Part shown: piece by piece, positions 12,783 to 25,368 of the stretch | Layout of the letters: each line of letters starts with the position of its first letter | How positions within the stretch are numbered: position 1 is the stretch's first letter | Assembly: GCA_964234715.1 (NCBI GenBank) | Contig: OZ174291.1 | DNA from: Podarcis melisellensis | Lineage: Eukaryota | Length of the DNA stretch: 64,000 bases | Reading direction: 5' to 3' (one strand) | Position numbers and translations under genes: made by a program | Notes under the pieces: model-generated | Databases searched by the model: none | The model's input: only the letters and a program-made list of their open reading frames with translations | What the model was told of the DNA's origin: nothing

Positions 12783-13092
12783 TTATTATTATTTATACCC
12801 CACGCATCTGGCTGAGTTTCCCCAGCCACTCTAGGCAGCTCCCAATCAAGTGTTAAAAATACAGCATTAAATATTAAAAACTTCCCTAAACAGGGCTGCC
12901 TTCAGACGTCTTTTAAGATAAGATAGCTACTTATTTCCTTCACATATGAAGGGAGGGCATTCTGCAGGGCAGGCGCCACTACCGAGAAGGCCCTCTGTCT
13001 GGTTCCCTGTAACCTCACTTCTTGCAATGAGGGAACCGCCAGAAGGCCCTCAGAGCTGGACCTCAGTGTCCAGGCAGAACGATGGGGGTGGA
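12735..13092 (-). mobile_element. L2 LINE 3' fragment with (AAT)n tail, in g2 intron
   Basis: EVRLQGTRQRAFSVVAPALQNALP motif. Confidence 0.8.
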
Positions 13093-13361
13093 GAGGGCTA
13101 TAGTGAATTGTTAGAGCATCTTCTTTGCATGCAGAAGGTCCTGACTTCACTCCCCAGTATCTCCAGGTAAGGTTTGGAAGAAAAACCTTCCTTGAAGCCC
13201 TGGAGAATTGCAGCCAGTCAAACATTACAGTGCTGGATGGATGAACACTCTGGTCTCGGTGCAAGGCAACTTCCTAAAACATTTGTGTTCAGAAGAAATA
13301 CATAGAAAATAAGTCAGCCAAGAAAATGGAGTATGGAGGATTCCTGATGGAAGAGCAGCAT

Positions 13362-13711
13362 AAAGGTAAAGGGACCCCTGACCATTTGGTCCAGTCGTGA
13401 CCGATTCTGGGGTTGCGGGACTCATCTCGCTTTATTGGCCAAGGGAGCCAGCGTACAGCTTCCGGGTCATGTGGCCAGCATGACAAAGCCGCTTCTAGCA
13501 AACCAGAGCAGCGCATGGAAACGCAGTTTACCTTCCCGCTGGAGCGGTACCTATTTATCTACTTGCACTTTGACGTGCTTTCGAACTGCTAGGTTGGCAG
13601 GAGCAGGGACCGAGCAACGGGAGCTCACCCCATTGCGGGGATTCGAACTGCCAACCTTCTGATCAGCAAGTCCTAGGCTCTGTGGTTTAACCCAAAGTGC
13701 CACCAGCGTCC
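13362..13711 (-). mobile_element. Sauria SINE in g2 intron
   Basis: Collinear with the 8420-8767 copy. Confidence 0.9.
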
Positions 13712-13790
13712 AGCTGAACCCTCTAAGCAGTGCAAAAAAAAAAAAAGCACGTAAAGACAAGATCATAACATAAATGCACACATTTGACTT

Positions 13791-13879
13791 ACCAAAGTCT
13801 GTGAGGAGTAGAAATGGAGAGAAGGAGATCAAGTCAAGGAAAGCTGTTGGACTATCTCAGCCCAGGGAGCCCTTTTATA
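13791..13879 (-). promoter_or_regulatory. g2 TATA, exon 1 and donor (type B)
   Basis: Minus-strand TATAAAA 13873-13879; agactttg|gtaagtca donor at 13791-13792. Confidence 0.85.
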
Positions 13880-16583
13880 CTCTTTTGACTGTATCCCCTG
13901 ATGGCCCCACAGCTAGCTGGGATACACCCCCTTTCCCTGAGGCTTTAATTAGCAAGCAATTTATGAATTACATCATGCCCTCTAATTGTTTTAATAAGAA
14001 AGAAAAATGGGGCAAAAGACTTCGCATTTCCTCTGCTCCCCACAAAGCTTCTTTCCCATCCTCACCCTTTTGATCTTTGCATTCTCATTCTTCCACCAAA
14101 GGAGTTAATAAAAAAAAATTAAGAAAATGTAAAGATGCCTTTGTATGTTCATTTCGGACAGATCAACAGGTGCTATGGCTTTGAAGAGAATTAAAGTGGC
14201 TGGAATGGTTGGAGATTTTATCAGCAGCCTACTTGACTTCCATATCCAAGATTATCATTCCGTTCTCAGCACATAGCCAGGGTTCTCTGCCTCCAATGTC
14301 AGAGGTAGCATGCCTCTGAATACCAGTTGTTGGGAATCAGAATTGGGGAATGGGACATTGAGTTCCTGTCCTTCTTATGGGATTCCTATTGGTTGACCAC
14401 TTTGAGAACAGAATCTTCCTAATGCTCTAACCTTCACTGATGCAAGGATGTCATATACACATGTATGAATAAGTGTACCCAATAAAGCGAAAATGATTTT
14501 GAAGCGTTAGCAAAAAAATCACAATTATTTGAAGCCCACCTACCAAATAAAATGATTGAAGAAATAAAAGGATAATGTAGGCAGGGATGATAGGAGACAC
14601 CTATGTCCCAACCAGTCAGGGATCACATATTAAATTCACTTGTAATATTAGCAGCTCCTGGTTTCCTGAATTTCTAGCCCTCCTGTAACTTGTAATGTCA
14701 ATGTGGCTAACACAATGCAAGGGTAAAATTTAATAATGATGTTTAAAAAATCCTTCGATAGCTTCCTGTTTCCATCCATCTTTGAGATCAGCAAAGGAAA
14801 TCCTATCCACTGTTACATCAATATGCAAGATCAGGTGGGCAGATCGCCTTCATGGTGATCAGTTGAGATCTGTTGGTAGCCATCTATCTCCACTTACTGA
14901 AATGCTAAGGTTATTTTCAACTAGCCCATGTTAGACCTATTGAAAGCAATGGACAGGGGATGCCAGGAAACAGGGAATTATGTTCACATGTGGTGGGAGT
15001 GTAAATATGTACACATTTTTTTGGCAAAGGTTATTTAAGGAGATAACAGAAATCACTGGGCTACAGCTGACCGAAAGTCTAGCGGTAGCATGATTATCAA
15101 TTTACAATGGAGTGGCAGGTTTGCTGGCTATGAAGGACTTGCTCACAAATTTATTGACAGCTGCATGAATTATTATAGATAAGAAGTGGAAGGGGCAAGC
15201 AGAATATAAAATGGAATAATGGCATAAAGAGGTGTGGGATATAGCTGTTAAAAGATAAATTTATGTGCCATTGAGGTAAGATGGGAAATATGCAAGGGAA
15301 ATTATTTTTGAGGAGATATGGAGAGTGTTTGTAGAACTTGTACTGTTAAAACGGAAAAGGGTCAAACCATCATAAGAGGTGTTGAAATTTTGGAAGGCTG
15401 GATAGTTACAATGGGATGGTATCAGTGGTGGGGTGCACATTTTTATTCTTATTTATTTATGCTTATTACTTTATAAAAGAAGAAGAAAAAAGCAAGGGAC
15501 AAATCAGTCAACACCATGCATTTTGATGGAACTTTCCTGAGAATGAGTTTATTGGATGCAACCCATCATAATTTCAGCTATGTTTGTGTGTGGCTTGTCG
15601 CTCATAATTTAGCATGTTCTAAACTACAGATTTTGAATACATTTCATACGTTTTCTAGGCTTCCCAATATGCAAGTTTTAATTGCCTTTCTAAGCTGCCT
15701 GTTTAAAAAGAAAAAAAGTAGTGTTTTCTTTTTGGTTTCAACTTGGTACTGATTTTATATATCTGGTTTAGATGCTTAACATATTTTTGGTTGGTGTGGG
15801 GTTTTTTTAACCACAGACACCATCTTCTATTGAAGTTGGGACAGCCCCCTCCCACCTCTGCCACCCAGAAGACCACTCCAGATTAACTCTAGATTTTTGC
15901 CAGGCTGAAGGAAACATCTCTGACCTCCTAGGACCAGTGAAGAACATAACATATAATGAGCCCTGAAGCTGGATCAAACCAAAGGCCCATGTTGTCCAGC
16001 ATCCTCTTTCCTGCAGTGGTCAACCAGATGTAGTGGTCAACATAGGGACCATAGCTCTTTCTCACTATTGTTCTCTTCCAAGTGGCATTGGCGCTCTCAG
16101 GTCTCAATTGTGAGTTCCCCACTGAGGCTCTGCACTGTGTATGCAAGATGCTGAATTAGATGGGCCTTTGACCTCATCCAGCAGGACTTTTCTGATGTGC
16201 TCAAGGCATTCAAGGACACTGATTTCATCTGATACCGGAGATGTCTCAGAAGGTGTAAGCAGAAAGCTTTGATCATGTCCTAGAGTTCCCTACACTGATG
16301 AAAGAGCTTTGATGATCTCCATCTCCTCCCTCTGGGTGTTTCCGATTTAAAACAGCAGATAAACTAGAGCAATTTGACTTGAGGTCAGTAAAATTAAAAG
16401 GAAGGGAGAGGGGAACAAACCGGTGTCAAGACTATTTGTGTTGCATTATTGCAACCACTTAATTTTGTGACCTCCCTCTTTTGTGCTTAGTAAAGTATTT
16501 TGCACATGAAATTGTTGACAACTAAATAAAATGTTAGTTGGAAAGAGGCGGTCTCTTGGTCACAGGAGTGGTTGACAGAACTG

Positions 16584-16667
16584 TATAAAAACGGAAAATT
16601 CTCCCAGTTCCTCCAACAGCTTCATCTGACTCTCTTGTCTTCGTTCCATCTTCTCAAAGAAGCAGGT
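16584..16667 (+). promoter_or_regulatory. g3 TATA, exon 1 and donor (type A)
   Basis: TATAAAA 16584-16590; aagcag|gtaagt donor at 16666. Confidence 0.85.
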
Positions 16668-16820
16668 AAGTTCATTTTTTGGGGCGAATGTTTCTGAATT
16701 TATCAAAAAAAATCACATCAAATTAAGACTAGATGGATTTTCCAGCTTCATACTTTGTAAGTGCATTTAATATGATATTGCTAGAAGAAACTCTAATTAA
16801 GCATTTTTAAGGAAAGCTGG

Positions 16821-17070
16821 ACCTGCCAACCTAGCAGTTCGAAAGCACCTCCGGGTGCAAGTAGATAAATAGGGACCGCTTACCAGCGGGAAGGTAAACG
16901 GCGTTCCGTGTGCTGCGCTGGCTCACCAGATGCAGCTTGTCACGCTGGCCACGTGACCTGGAAGTGTCTGCGGACAGCGCTGGCTCCCGGCCTATAGAGT
17001 GAGATGAGCGCACAACCCTAGAGTCTGGCAAGACTGGCCCATACGGGCAGGGGTACCTTTACCTTTACCT
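16821..17070 (+). mobile_element. 5'-truncated Sauria SINE (second subfamily), g3 intron
   Basis: (ACCTTT)n tail; TSD ttaaggaaagctgg on both sides. Confidence 0.85.
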
Positions 17071-17213
17071 TTAAGGAAAGCTGGAAGGTGCCACCAGCTC
17101 TCTATCTTCTTCCTTCCTTCCTAAATGATATTTAGACAAACATATACACTTCTGTCTTTTACAGCACAAAACTCTGCATTTCACTCAGAAGTAAACCTGA
17201 ATGTGTTGTGCTT

Positions 17214-17460
17214 AAAGGTAAAGGGACCCCTGACCGTTAGGTCCAGTCGTGACCGACTCTGGGGTTGCAGCGCTCATCTCGCCTTATTGGTCGAGGGAGC
17301 CGGCATACAGCTTCTGGGTCATGTGGCCAGCATGACTAAGCCACTTCTGGCAAACCAGAGCAACACATGGAAACGCCATTTACCTTCCTGCTGGAGCGAT
17401 ACCTATTTATCTACTTGCACTTTGACGTGCTTTCGAACTGCTAGGTTGGCAGGAGCAGGG
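17214..17460 (-). mobile_element. Truncated Sauria SINE, g3 intron
   Basis: aaaggtaaagggacccctgacc...ctaggttggcaggagcaggg. Confidence 0.85.
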
Positions 17461-18323
17461 CTGTCTTATTTTTTTAAAGCTCATCCCCAACTTGCTAGAG
17501 AATGGTATACTGTGGTGCAGTATGTTCAAGATACATGTTGATAGCATTGTTGATAAAACATGCCTTTTCTTAAAAGAACCTTACTGGGTTATCTCATCAT
17601 TTTCTTATATTTCAGAACATCAGTACTGGGGTAGCCAACATAGCACCTTCCAGATGTTGTGGGTTAAAATGCCAAGAAAGGGGATCATTCCTTAGTGATA
17701 CAGCCCATACTTGGCATGCACAAGGTCCCAGGATCAGTCCCCTACATCTCCAGGTGGGGCCAGTAATGTCCCCTGTCTGGAACCCAGGAGAGTCATCAGC
17801 AATCAGTGTAGACCATGGGAGGGCAAACCCAAGCCCAGGGGCTGGATCCGGCCCAATCACCATCTAAATCCAGCCCACGGATGGTCCAGAATCAGCATGT
17901 TTTTACATGTGTCCTTTTATTTAAAATGCATCTCTGGGTTATTTCCTCCTGAAGCTTCCAAAGAAGAGGGAGACAGTATAGAATTACAACAGTGGTTTGC
18001 GGGAGGCCATAGCTCAGAGGCTGCAGAGGGGAGAAGCTGGGAAATATCGGGAAAGGAGCAGGAACAAGAAGAAGCACGAGGGGAGAGACAGCTGGCAGAC
18101 TGAGTGTCTTTAGAATGCATTCCAGACCCTTCTCTCTCCCAGAACCTGGCAGGCATTGAAAGTAGGAGAGCAGAGAGCTCAGAGGCAAAAGGCATAGAGA
18201 AGCCACCATAGGGAAGATGTATAATAGAAGAGACGGAGGGAGTGGGGTTTTCACTCGGAGCAACATCATTACTCTAAGAAGCAACATTTGTAAGCCTCTC
18301 TCTGTGAACATTGAATAAAATAC

Positions 18324-18567
18324 CCCCATCGTTCAGCCTGGACATTGAGATCCAGCGCCGAGGGCCTTCTGGCAGTTCCCTCATGTTGAGAAGTGAGGTT
18401 ACAGGGAACCAGACAGAGGGCCTTCTCGGTAGTGGCGCCCGCCCTGCAGAACGCCCTCCCTTCATATGTGAAGGAAATAAGTAGCTATCTTATCTTTAAA
18501 AGACGTCTGAAGGCAGCCCTGTTTAGGGAAGTTTTTAATATTTAATGCTGTATTGTTTTTAACACTT
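18324..18567 (+). mobile_element. L2 fragment in g3 intron
   Basis: Reverse complement of 12848-13088. Confidence 0.8.
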
Positions 18568-18810
18568 ATTGCTGGCAGCCTGCCGCGAGGGAGAGGGATC
18601 AGATTCCCTGAAGCCTGACACTTCCCTTCTTCTCTTTCTATGGTTCATTTTACATTTCTTATATCCCTGCATATCTTACAAAAACTATACCAATCGGTTT
18701 TCCATTATTACATCCATCAAAATATTATTTGCATTGCTGAATTTATCTTCATGCTGCCAGAGTTTCCAGCTGTACACATGCAATTTTATTTTTTAGATTC
18801 ATCTTCAGCC

Positions 18811-19320
18811 ATGGCTAACTGTGGCCCATCCTGTGCCGTGCCATCCTGTGCTTCCACCCCCACAGTTGGATTTGGATCTGCAGCTCTTGGTAGACGCGGA
18901 GGTCTTGGCTACGGATACGGAGGTCTTGGCTACGGCAATGGAGGTCTCGGCTACGGCTATGGAGGTCTCGGCTACGGCTATGGAGGTGCTGAAAGAGCAG
19001 CCAATCTCGGTGTCCTGGATGGAGTCATCCCTTCATGCGTCAACCAGATCCCACCAGCAGAGGTCGTCATCCAGCCACCTCCCAGTGTCCTGACCATCCC
19101 AGGGCCCATCCTCTCTGCCAGCTGTGAGCCTCTGTCTGTTGGAGGCAACACTCCATGTGCTGTTAGTGGTTCTGGAATCGTAGGAGGCTATGGCTATGGT
19201 GGGTGGGGCTATGGGTCTGGCCTCCTTGGAAGCTCTGGGGGCTGGGGCTATGGTTTGGGCTATGGGAGGGGAGCACTCCTTGGAAGGAAGTTCGGGCGTC
19301 GTGGTAGCATCTGTTCTTAG
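18811..19320 (+). CDS. Corneous beta-protein g3, 169 aa (type A, unrearranged start)
   Basis: Acceptor ttttag|attcatcttcagccATG (AG ends 18796); CBP core; tail GRGALLGRKFGRRGSICS; AATAAA 19546-19551. Confidence 0.95.
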   Translation: MANCGPSCAVPSCASTPTVGFGSAALGRRGGLGYGYGGLGYGNGGLGYGYGGLGYGYGGAERAANLGVLDGVIPSCVNQIPPAEVVIQPPPSVLTIPGPILSASCEPLSVGGNTPCAVSGSGIVGGYGYGGWGYGSGLLGSSGGWGYGLGYGRGALLGRKFGRRGSICS

Positions 19321-19934
19321 GCCAATTAAACCTAAGAAGCATATCCTGAACTGATATCCAGGGAACTTGATACCGATTCAATCGCCAAGGTTTAGAAGAC
19401 CTGCATCCAAGCAAACCGCTGCTGAAGTTGAACTCTCTTAATTCCCCCCTCTGTATTATGAAGTCGAGAAGACCAAGAACCTTCTACAATATGCAGCTTT
19501 TTTTGCCTATTGTACAACTACCCTTTCTTTTTCTTTGACCTTTTCAATAAAGCTTGTTCTGCATTCTGATAACATGTGTGTCTTTGTTTTTAAAACTCCA
19601 CCTCCAGTTTCTCATACGAAGGTGTCCAAGGTCTTAAACCTAATTTTGTCCCAATTAAAATTGGAGTATTGGGGGCCGTCTCTCTTGCACCCTGAAGGGT
19701 TTACATGGAGTGTGGGGAAAGTATGTTATATTCCTCTAGAAATACCATTCGCCTCTTATTCAACATGAGTACAGGATCTCTCTCCAGGGCACCCTGACTA
19801 GTTATTCATTCAGAGAAACAACTCATAGTCAGGGGTCAAATGCAACTTTTGCTGATCGCTAAAGGACCAGGAAGGATGGGTTAAATAGGTGCAAGGAAGC
19901 AGTTGTGCCCCTTCTCCTGATTCTTCTTTGCTGT

Positions 19935-20303
19935 CACTCCTGTCTTCCACTGCCTCCCACAGTTTGGTCAAACTCATGCTGGTCGCTTCGAGAACACTGT
20001 CCAACCATCTCCTTCTCTGTCGTCCCTTTCTCTTTGTGCCCTCCATCTTTCCCAACATCAGGGTCTTTTCCAGGGAGTCTTCTCTTCTCATGAGGTGGCC
20101 AAAGTATTGGAGCCTCAGCTTCAGGATCTGTCCTTCCAGTGAGCACTCAGGGCTGATTTCCTTCAGAATGGAGAGGTTTGATCTTCTTGCAGTCCACGGG
20201 ACTCTCAAGAGTCTCCTCCAGCACCAGAATTCAAAAGCATCAATTCTTTGGTGATCAGCCTTCTTTATGGTCCAGCTCTCAGTTCCATACATCACTACTT
20301 GGA
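19935..20303 (-). mobile_element. BovB LINE fragment
   Basis: YGTESWTIKKADHQRIDAFEFWCWRRLLRVPWTARRSN...LEKTLMLGK. Confidence 0.9.
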
Positions 20304-20534
20304 AGTATATAATAATAAATACTTAGCTAAGAAAAAGAAAAGGGGAAAAGAAAAGAGGGAGATAAAAAAGCATACCTTTAAATAAACTTTCTTATTTTAA
20401 AAATAAATTCATATCTATAGATACTCAAAAAACAAATAGCCATCTATATTAATATGAAAAAATATCTGTGGAAATCAATGTGGAGGAGCAGAAAATATAA
20501 ATTTCATACTTTGATTAATCACAGACATATTACC

Positions 20535-20591
<57 letters not shown>

Positions 20592-22019
20592 TGTGTAAAG
20601 TAAATTATACAGAGGAGTGTTTTCTTCAGCTTTCTTATCCCTCCCAAAAAATATTTAAAATGTTCCATCTTCTAACTATTTCCCCCCCCCCTCCTTGCTG
20701 GCCAACAAGAACTGTTCTCTGACAAGTTGCGTCAGTCAAAATGGCAGCTTGGAACTTCCTATTTTTCCAATTTTGATGCCTTGGCAGAGCCTTGACATGA
20801 CATGACTTCTGGTGCTTCGTAAGGACCTGGAAGTCATGTCAGAGGCATTGCGGTGCAGGTGCTGAGCACCCACAACAATGTTTTGTGGGTGCCCTGGCCC
20901 CCAAGAGTTGGTGCCAGTGCCTGGATGCTTTCCTTTGTTCTCTCGATCTCTCCCTTCCCGGCCTCTTACTCCGAGTCCTTCACCAACAATCCATCACTTT
21001 AATGTGTGCGTAATTCTTGGGTCCCAATCATGGCCCATAGCTGAGGACACCAAGGAAAACAAAAGGGGGCTGGGAGCCAGGAAAGAATATAAAAAGAAGA
21101 AAAGAAAGAAGAAAGAGAAAGGCACTTCCAATTTTCCATCTGCCCGTTACGTAACAGAAATTACTCAAAATATTCACTCCAAGAAAGCATGTTCTCCTTC
21201 ATGGAGAGCACATGTCGCGGTGGGGGCCGACAGGACACTCCAAAGTTGTGGGACAGGCTAATTGATCTTTGTCCACTGTTGTGATTGGGCTTCCCTTGTT
21301 GTTGGGAAGATGTTAATGTTGCCATTTGATGATTGACAGCCAGGAATGTTAAAACTCCCTGCACGAGGCGTAGAGCTTCCTCTTTTCGCTCCGTGCATCG
21401 GATTGCCCGTCCCCCCTCCCTATAATTAGGGTTGTTTGCTTTGACCTTGCTATGCCTGTCATGGGGTCATCTGCTCTTGGGGCAGGAGCCCAGTAGGAAT
21501 TTTGTCCATCTGGCTGATTGGCTGGGGCCATTTGGTTTTTGCCTACTGCGTAGCAAATCGTCACAACTTGTAAGGTTGCAGTTAGGCGTTGGTTTATGGT
21601 TTGGTTGGTTGAGGGGCATGGATTGGCTGTACCTGCTCCTCTAATGCTGCTGCTGCTGCAAGGAATTCCGTTAAAGGAATACAGGGGCTCATTATTGCTT
21701 TTGTCCGAACCCTGTCAGGGGGCTAGGGCCACGCAAAAGCCCCTGGTTGCATTTGGGGAAGGCTGAGGGCAGGTTTCCTGCTCCATCGCTACCCCCAAAT
21801 GTATTCCCCTTTTCTGACTTTCACAGGCTTGTGAAATGTCAGTCTGTCCCCCACTGGGGGGGCAGACAGTCGCAACCAATGCCTAAGCAACCACTCACAA
21901 TTTTTGTATTTTAATAAAGCTGTGGCCAAACTTATGTCAAAAAACCTTAAACAAAAATTCTGTGTGTTGTGTGAATTATTTGGGGTTGCCTGGGGACATC
22001 AACACACAAAACACCCAGC

Positions 22020-22590
22020 TGTTCTACTTTCTGCTAAGCAATATTTTCCTAATCTCCAGATTGTATAGTTTCAATATAGGGTTTTGTGCTAAGTATACAA
22101 TTCCTGGTAAAAGGTTTCTGCAATTTCTCTCATCTTTATCCTTATATTTAATTGATGGAATAAACATTTGTATCTGTTTATCTTTCAGATGTTTTGATAG
22201 TAATTTAGATGGTTTATTACTGTATTTCAACCATCTTTGATTTTTTTACAGTTGGCAAAGCATTCCAGTTTTTCGGCTTGCATATTTTGAATGTTCTCTG
22301 TTGTTCTTAACTTCACCATGTTTGCTTATGCTAATGTGTCTTTTCTTAATATTTAAACCATTTTTTTCTGCTTGAGAGAATCTCTTATACATCTCTGCTG
22401 CTGTTTTTGTTTTGTCAGAACACCTCTGATATTAGATTCAGTTTCATCCCATATATGGCCATTTTGTTTATGCCCTTTAAAAAAACAATCTAAATATTGT
22501 TCTATTTGTGTCTTTCTATCTCCTCTTACTGATAAACTGTTATTTATTCTCTAGAATTTACGATTAGAATTATTTGGCATTTTGATGTTC
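22020..22590 (-). mobile_element. Degenerate L1-like ORF2 fragment
   Basis: A-rich coding strand; KYSNKPSKLLSKHLK resembles the L1 ORF2 inter-domain motif. Confidence 0.5.
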
Positions 22591-23011
22591 AATAATCCCT
22601 TAAAGTTAGAGTACAAAACCTCCAAACATCTGTCAAATTTTTGTAGGCAAACATGCCTTGAGACACATTCCAGTTTTAATTTAGACAAAAATTCACTTCA
22701 GTCAGCTGGACAGCTTGCTGTGAGGAACTGAGACCAAGTGCTACAAAAACCAGCACACATGGGTTACTGTAATGCGCCAAAAGCTTTATTGAAAAGATTC
22801 AAGAAATGACATTGATAGCTGTATGAGAAATACAGAAGAAATTTAGCATATAAGCATCTTAGTTTTCTGGACTAAGCAAAGAGGTGGGGGATGAAGAGGG
22901 TTCAACTTCAGCAGTGGATCCTGGGATTTAGCCCTTTTGAACCACGACCAATGGATCTGTATCAAGTTCTCTGATTATCAGTTCATAATATGCTTCTCAG
23001 GTTTAATTGGC

Positions 23012-23521
23012 TTATGCACAGATGTTACCACGACGCCCGAACTTCCTTCCAAGGAGTGCTCCTCTCCCATAGCCCAAACCATAGCCAAAGCCCCCAGAGC
23101 TTCCAAGGAGGCCAGACCCATAGCCCAAGCCCCCATAGCCATAGCCTCCTACGATCCCGGAACCACCAACTGCACATGGAGTGTTGCCTCCAACAGCCAC
23201 AGGCTCACAGCTGGCAGAGAGGATGGGCCCTGGGATGGTCACAACGCAGGCAGGTGGCTGGACCACGACCTCTGCTGGTGGGATTTGGTTGATGCAGGAT
23301 GGGATAACTCCTGCCAGGACTCCGAGGTTGGCTGCTCTTTCAGCACCTCCATATCCATAGCCGAGACCACCATATCCGTAGCCAAATCCTCCATTTCCAT
23401 AGCCGAGACCTCCCAATCCATAGCCGAGACCACCATAGCCAAGACCTCCTGCTGATCCAAACCCAACAGTGGGGGTGGAAGCACAGGATGGGACAGCACA
23501 GGATGGACCACAGTCAACCAT
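23012..23521 (-). CDS. Corneous beta-protein g4, 169 aa
   Basis: MVDCGPSC start at 23521 after acceptor at 23540-23541; CBP core; tail GRKFGRRGNICA; polyA signal 22785-22790. Confidence 0.95.
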   Translation of the reverse strand: MVDCGPSCAVPSCASTPTVGFGSAGGLGYGGLGYGLGGLGYGNGGFGYGYGGLGYGYGGAERAANLGVLAGVIPSCINQIPPAEVVVQPPACVVTIPGPILSASCEPVAVGGNTPCAVGGSGIVGGYGYGGLGYGSGLLGSSGGFGYGLGYGRGALLGRKFGRRGNICA

Positions 23522-23699
23522 TGTTGGATGGAGGTGAGTCTGAAACCAAAAACACCAAGGTAACACAGTAAGCCATGGCTGAAGATGAATCTAAAAAATA
23601 AGGTTGCAGAACTGAGCAGAACATGGAGCATGAAAACCAAAAAACAACAGAGAATTATAAATTGTCAGATATGATGTATATGAAGGAGGCCCAGTGTTG

Positions 23700-24230
23700 C
23701 ATGCTTCAACCAGATGTAGACAGAACGTCCTATTGTCAAGGGTCATGACAATTGCAGTTCAACAACAATTGGAAGCCCAGTACTTATTCTCTACTCTCCG
23801 ACACATGTTCCAACCAATTAGGGTTCACATATTATAGGTTTATTGTCCAAACTCCATCTGTGAGGTTTTGTCCTCTTCCCAAAAATTACTACCTTAATTT
23901 TAGAATGGTTGACTGTTCACTGCTGTTTTGTGCAAAAGACATTCAACTTCCTCAAAAGTCTCTGCATCCCAATTAAGGTAGCAGAAATCAAAACAATATC
24001 GTTGGCATACAGAAGAACTGAGAGTTTGACTTCCTGAATAGAAACAGGAAAATATTCCAGGCCTCCTAGTTCTTGAACAATATCATTTATATAAAAATTG
24101 AAAAGAAAGGGTGCTAGGCAGCATCCCTGTCAGACTCTCCTCTCAGTAGGGATATTATCAGAAAGCAACCCATTTGCCACAAGTCTAACCCTAAGCAAAG
24201 TATGGCTATGCAGCAGTTTATACAACTATG
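23700..24230 (-). mobile_element. Non-LTR reverse transcriptase remnant in g4 intron
   Basis: Manual translation RV*QGCCLAPFLFNFYINDIVQEL...LSVLLYANDIVLISAT (QG motif and degenerate YADD). Confidence 0.75.
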
Positions 24231-24427
24231 AAGTAGGTATGATGAACTGTAGTCCTTCAGTTGTCACTGGACTTTAGTCCCCTCAGTCAGCAAGCCCAAA
24301 GGTCAAGCGTGACCAAAGGTCAAGGACCAAATGGTCTCATTCTTGCTCTAGTGGGAATATCAATCTAGCCTTCCACTGTCATAAACTTCTGATAAATTAC
24401 GAAGTATTTCCCCAAGAAATCAGACTT

Positions 24428-24511
24428 ACCTACTTCTTTGAGAAGATGTAGTGAAGACAGAAGAGTCAGATGAAGCTGTTGGAGGAAAGGAGAGAACTCT
24501 GAGCTTTTATA
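24428..24511 (-). promoter_or_regulatory. g4 TATA, exon 1 and donor (type A)
   Basis: Minus-strand TATAAAA 24505-24511; donor gtaagt at 24428-24429; exon homologous to g3 exon 1. Confidence 0.85.
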
Positions 24512-25127
24512 TAGTTCTGCCAGCTGCCCCTTTGACTCAGAAACCGCCTATTTCCTGCAAACATTTGACTTAGCTGTCACCAACGCAATATGCAAAATTA
24601 CTTTGCTAAGCACAAAAGAGGGAGGTCACAAAATTAAGTGGTTGTAATAATGCAACACAAATAGTCTTGACACCATGTTTTTCCCTCACTCATTCTTTTA
24701 ATGTTGCTGGCCTCAAGTCAAATTGCTCTAATTTATCTGTTGCTTTTAACCAGAAACACCCAGAGGGAGAGGATGGAGATTAAGGTGCCTTCATCAGCTC
24801 TGGGGACTCTCAGTCATTATCAAAGCTTTTTGCATACATATATGGGATTTTAGGACACCACCGATATTAGAGGAAGGCAGAGTCTTAAAATGATGTACAA
24901 ACATGGGAGAAGCTTTGCTGCATCAGGGAAAAGACCCAACTAACTCTGTTCTTGTAATGGCCAGACAGAAACAGGACCTGCGAACAATAGCAGGAAAGCG
25001 CTATGGCCCCAGTCTTCTACTTGTGGAATAACCAAGAAGCATCTGATTGGCCACTGTGGAAAAGATGATGCCTTTGCTCTAAAAAAAGTTAAGCAAACCA
25101 ACTAGAACTATAAGCTCCATGCAAATA

Positions 25128-25368
25128 CATTGGTGCCTTGGTTCTTGAACGTAATCCATTCCGGAAATCCATTCGACTTCCAAAACGTTTGAAAACCAAG
25201 GCGCAGCTTCTGATTGGTGCAGGCACCCTGGAAACAATAGCCGACAAGCACACTGGATGTTCAGCTTCCAAAAAAAGTTCCTAAACCAAAGCATTTACTT
25301 CTGGGTTTGTGGCGTTCGGGTTCCAATTGGTTCATCAACTAAGCCATTTGAGAACCAAGGTTCCACTG
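25128..25368. mobile_element. Tc1/mariner (Tigger/pogo-like) MITE
   Basis: Imperfect TIRs cattggtgccttggttct / agaaccaaggttccactg, flanked by TA. Confidence 0.7.

Noticed and set aside
18640-18810. N-terminal extensions in the ORF track (g1 from 5069, g3 from 18640, g4 from 23566)
   Set aside because: They run through the intron and acceptor; the conserved ATG lies just after the acceptor.
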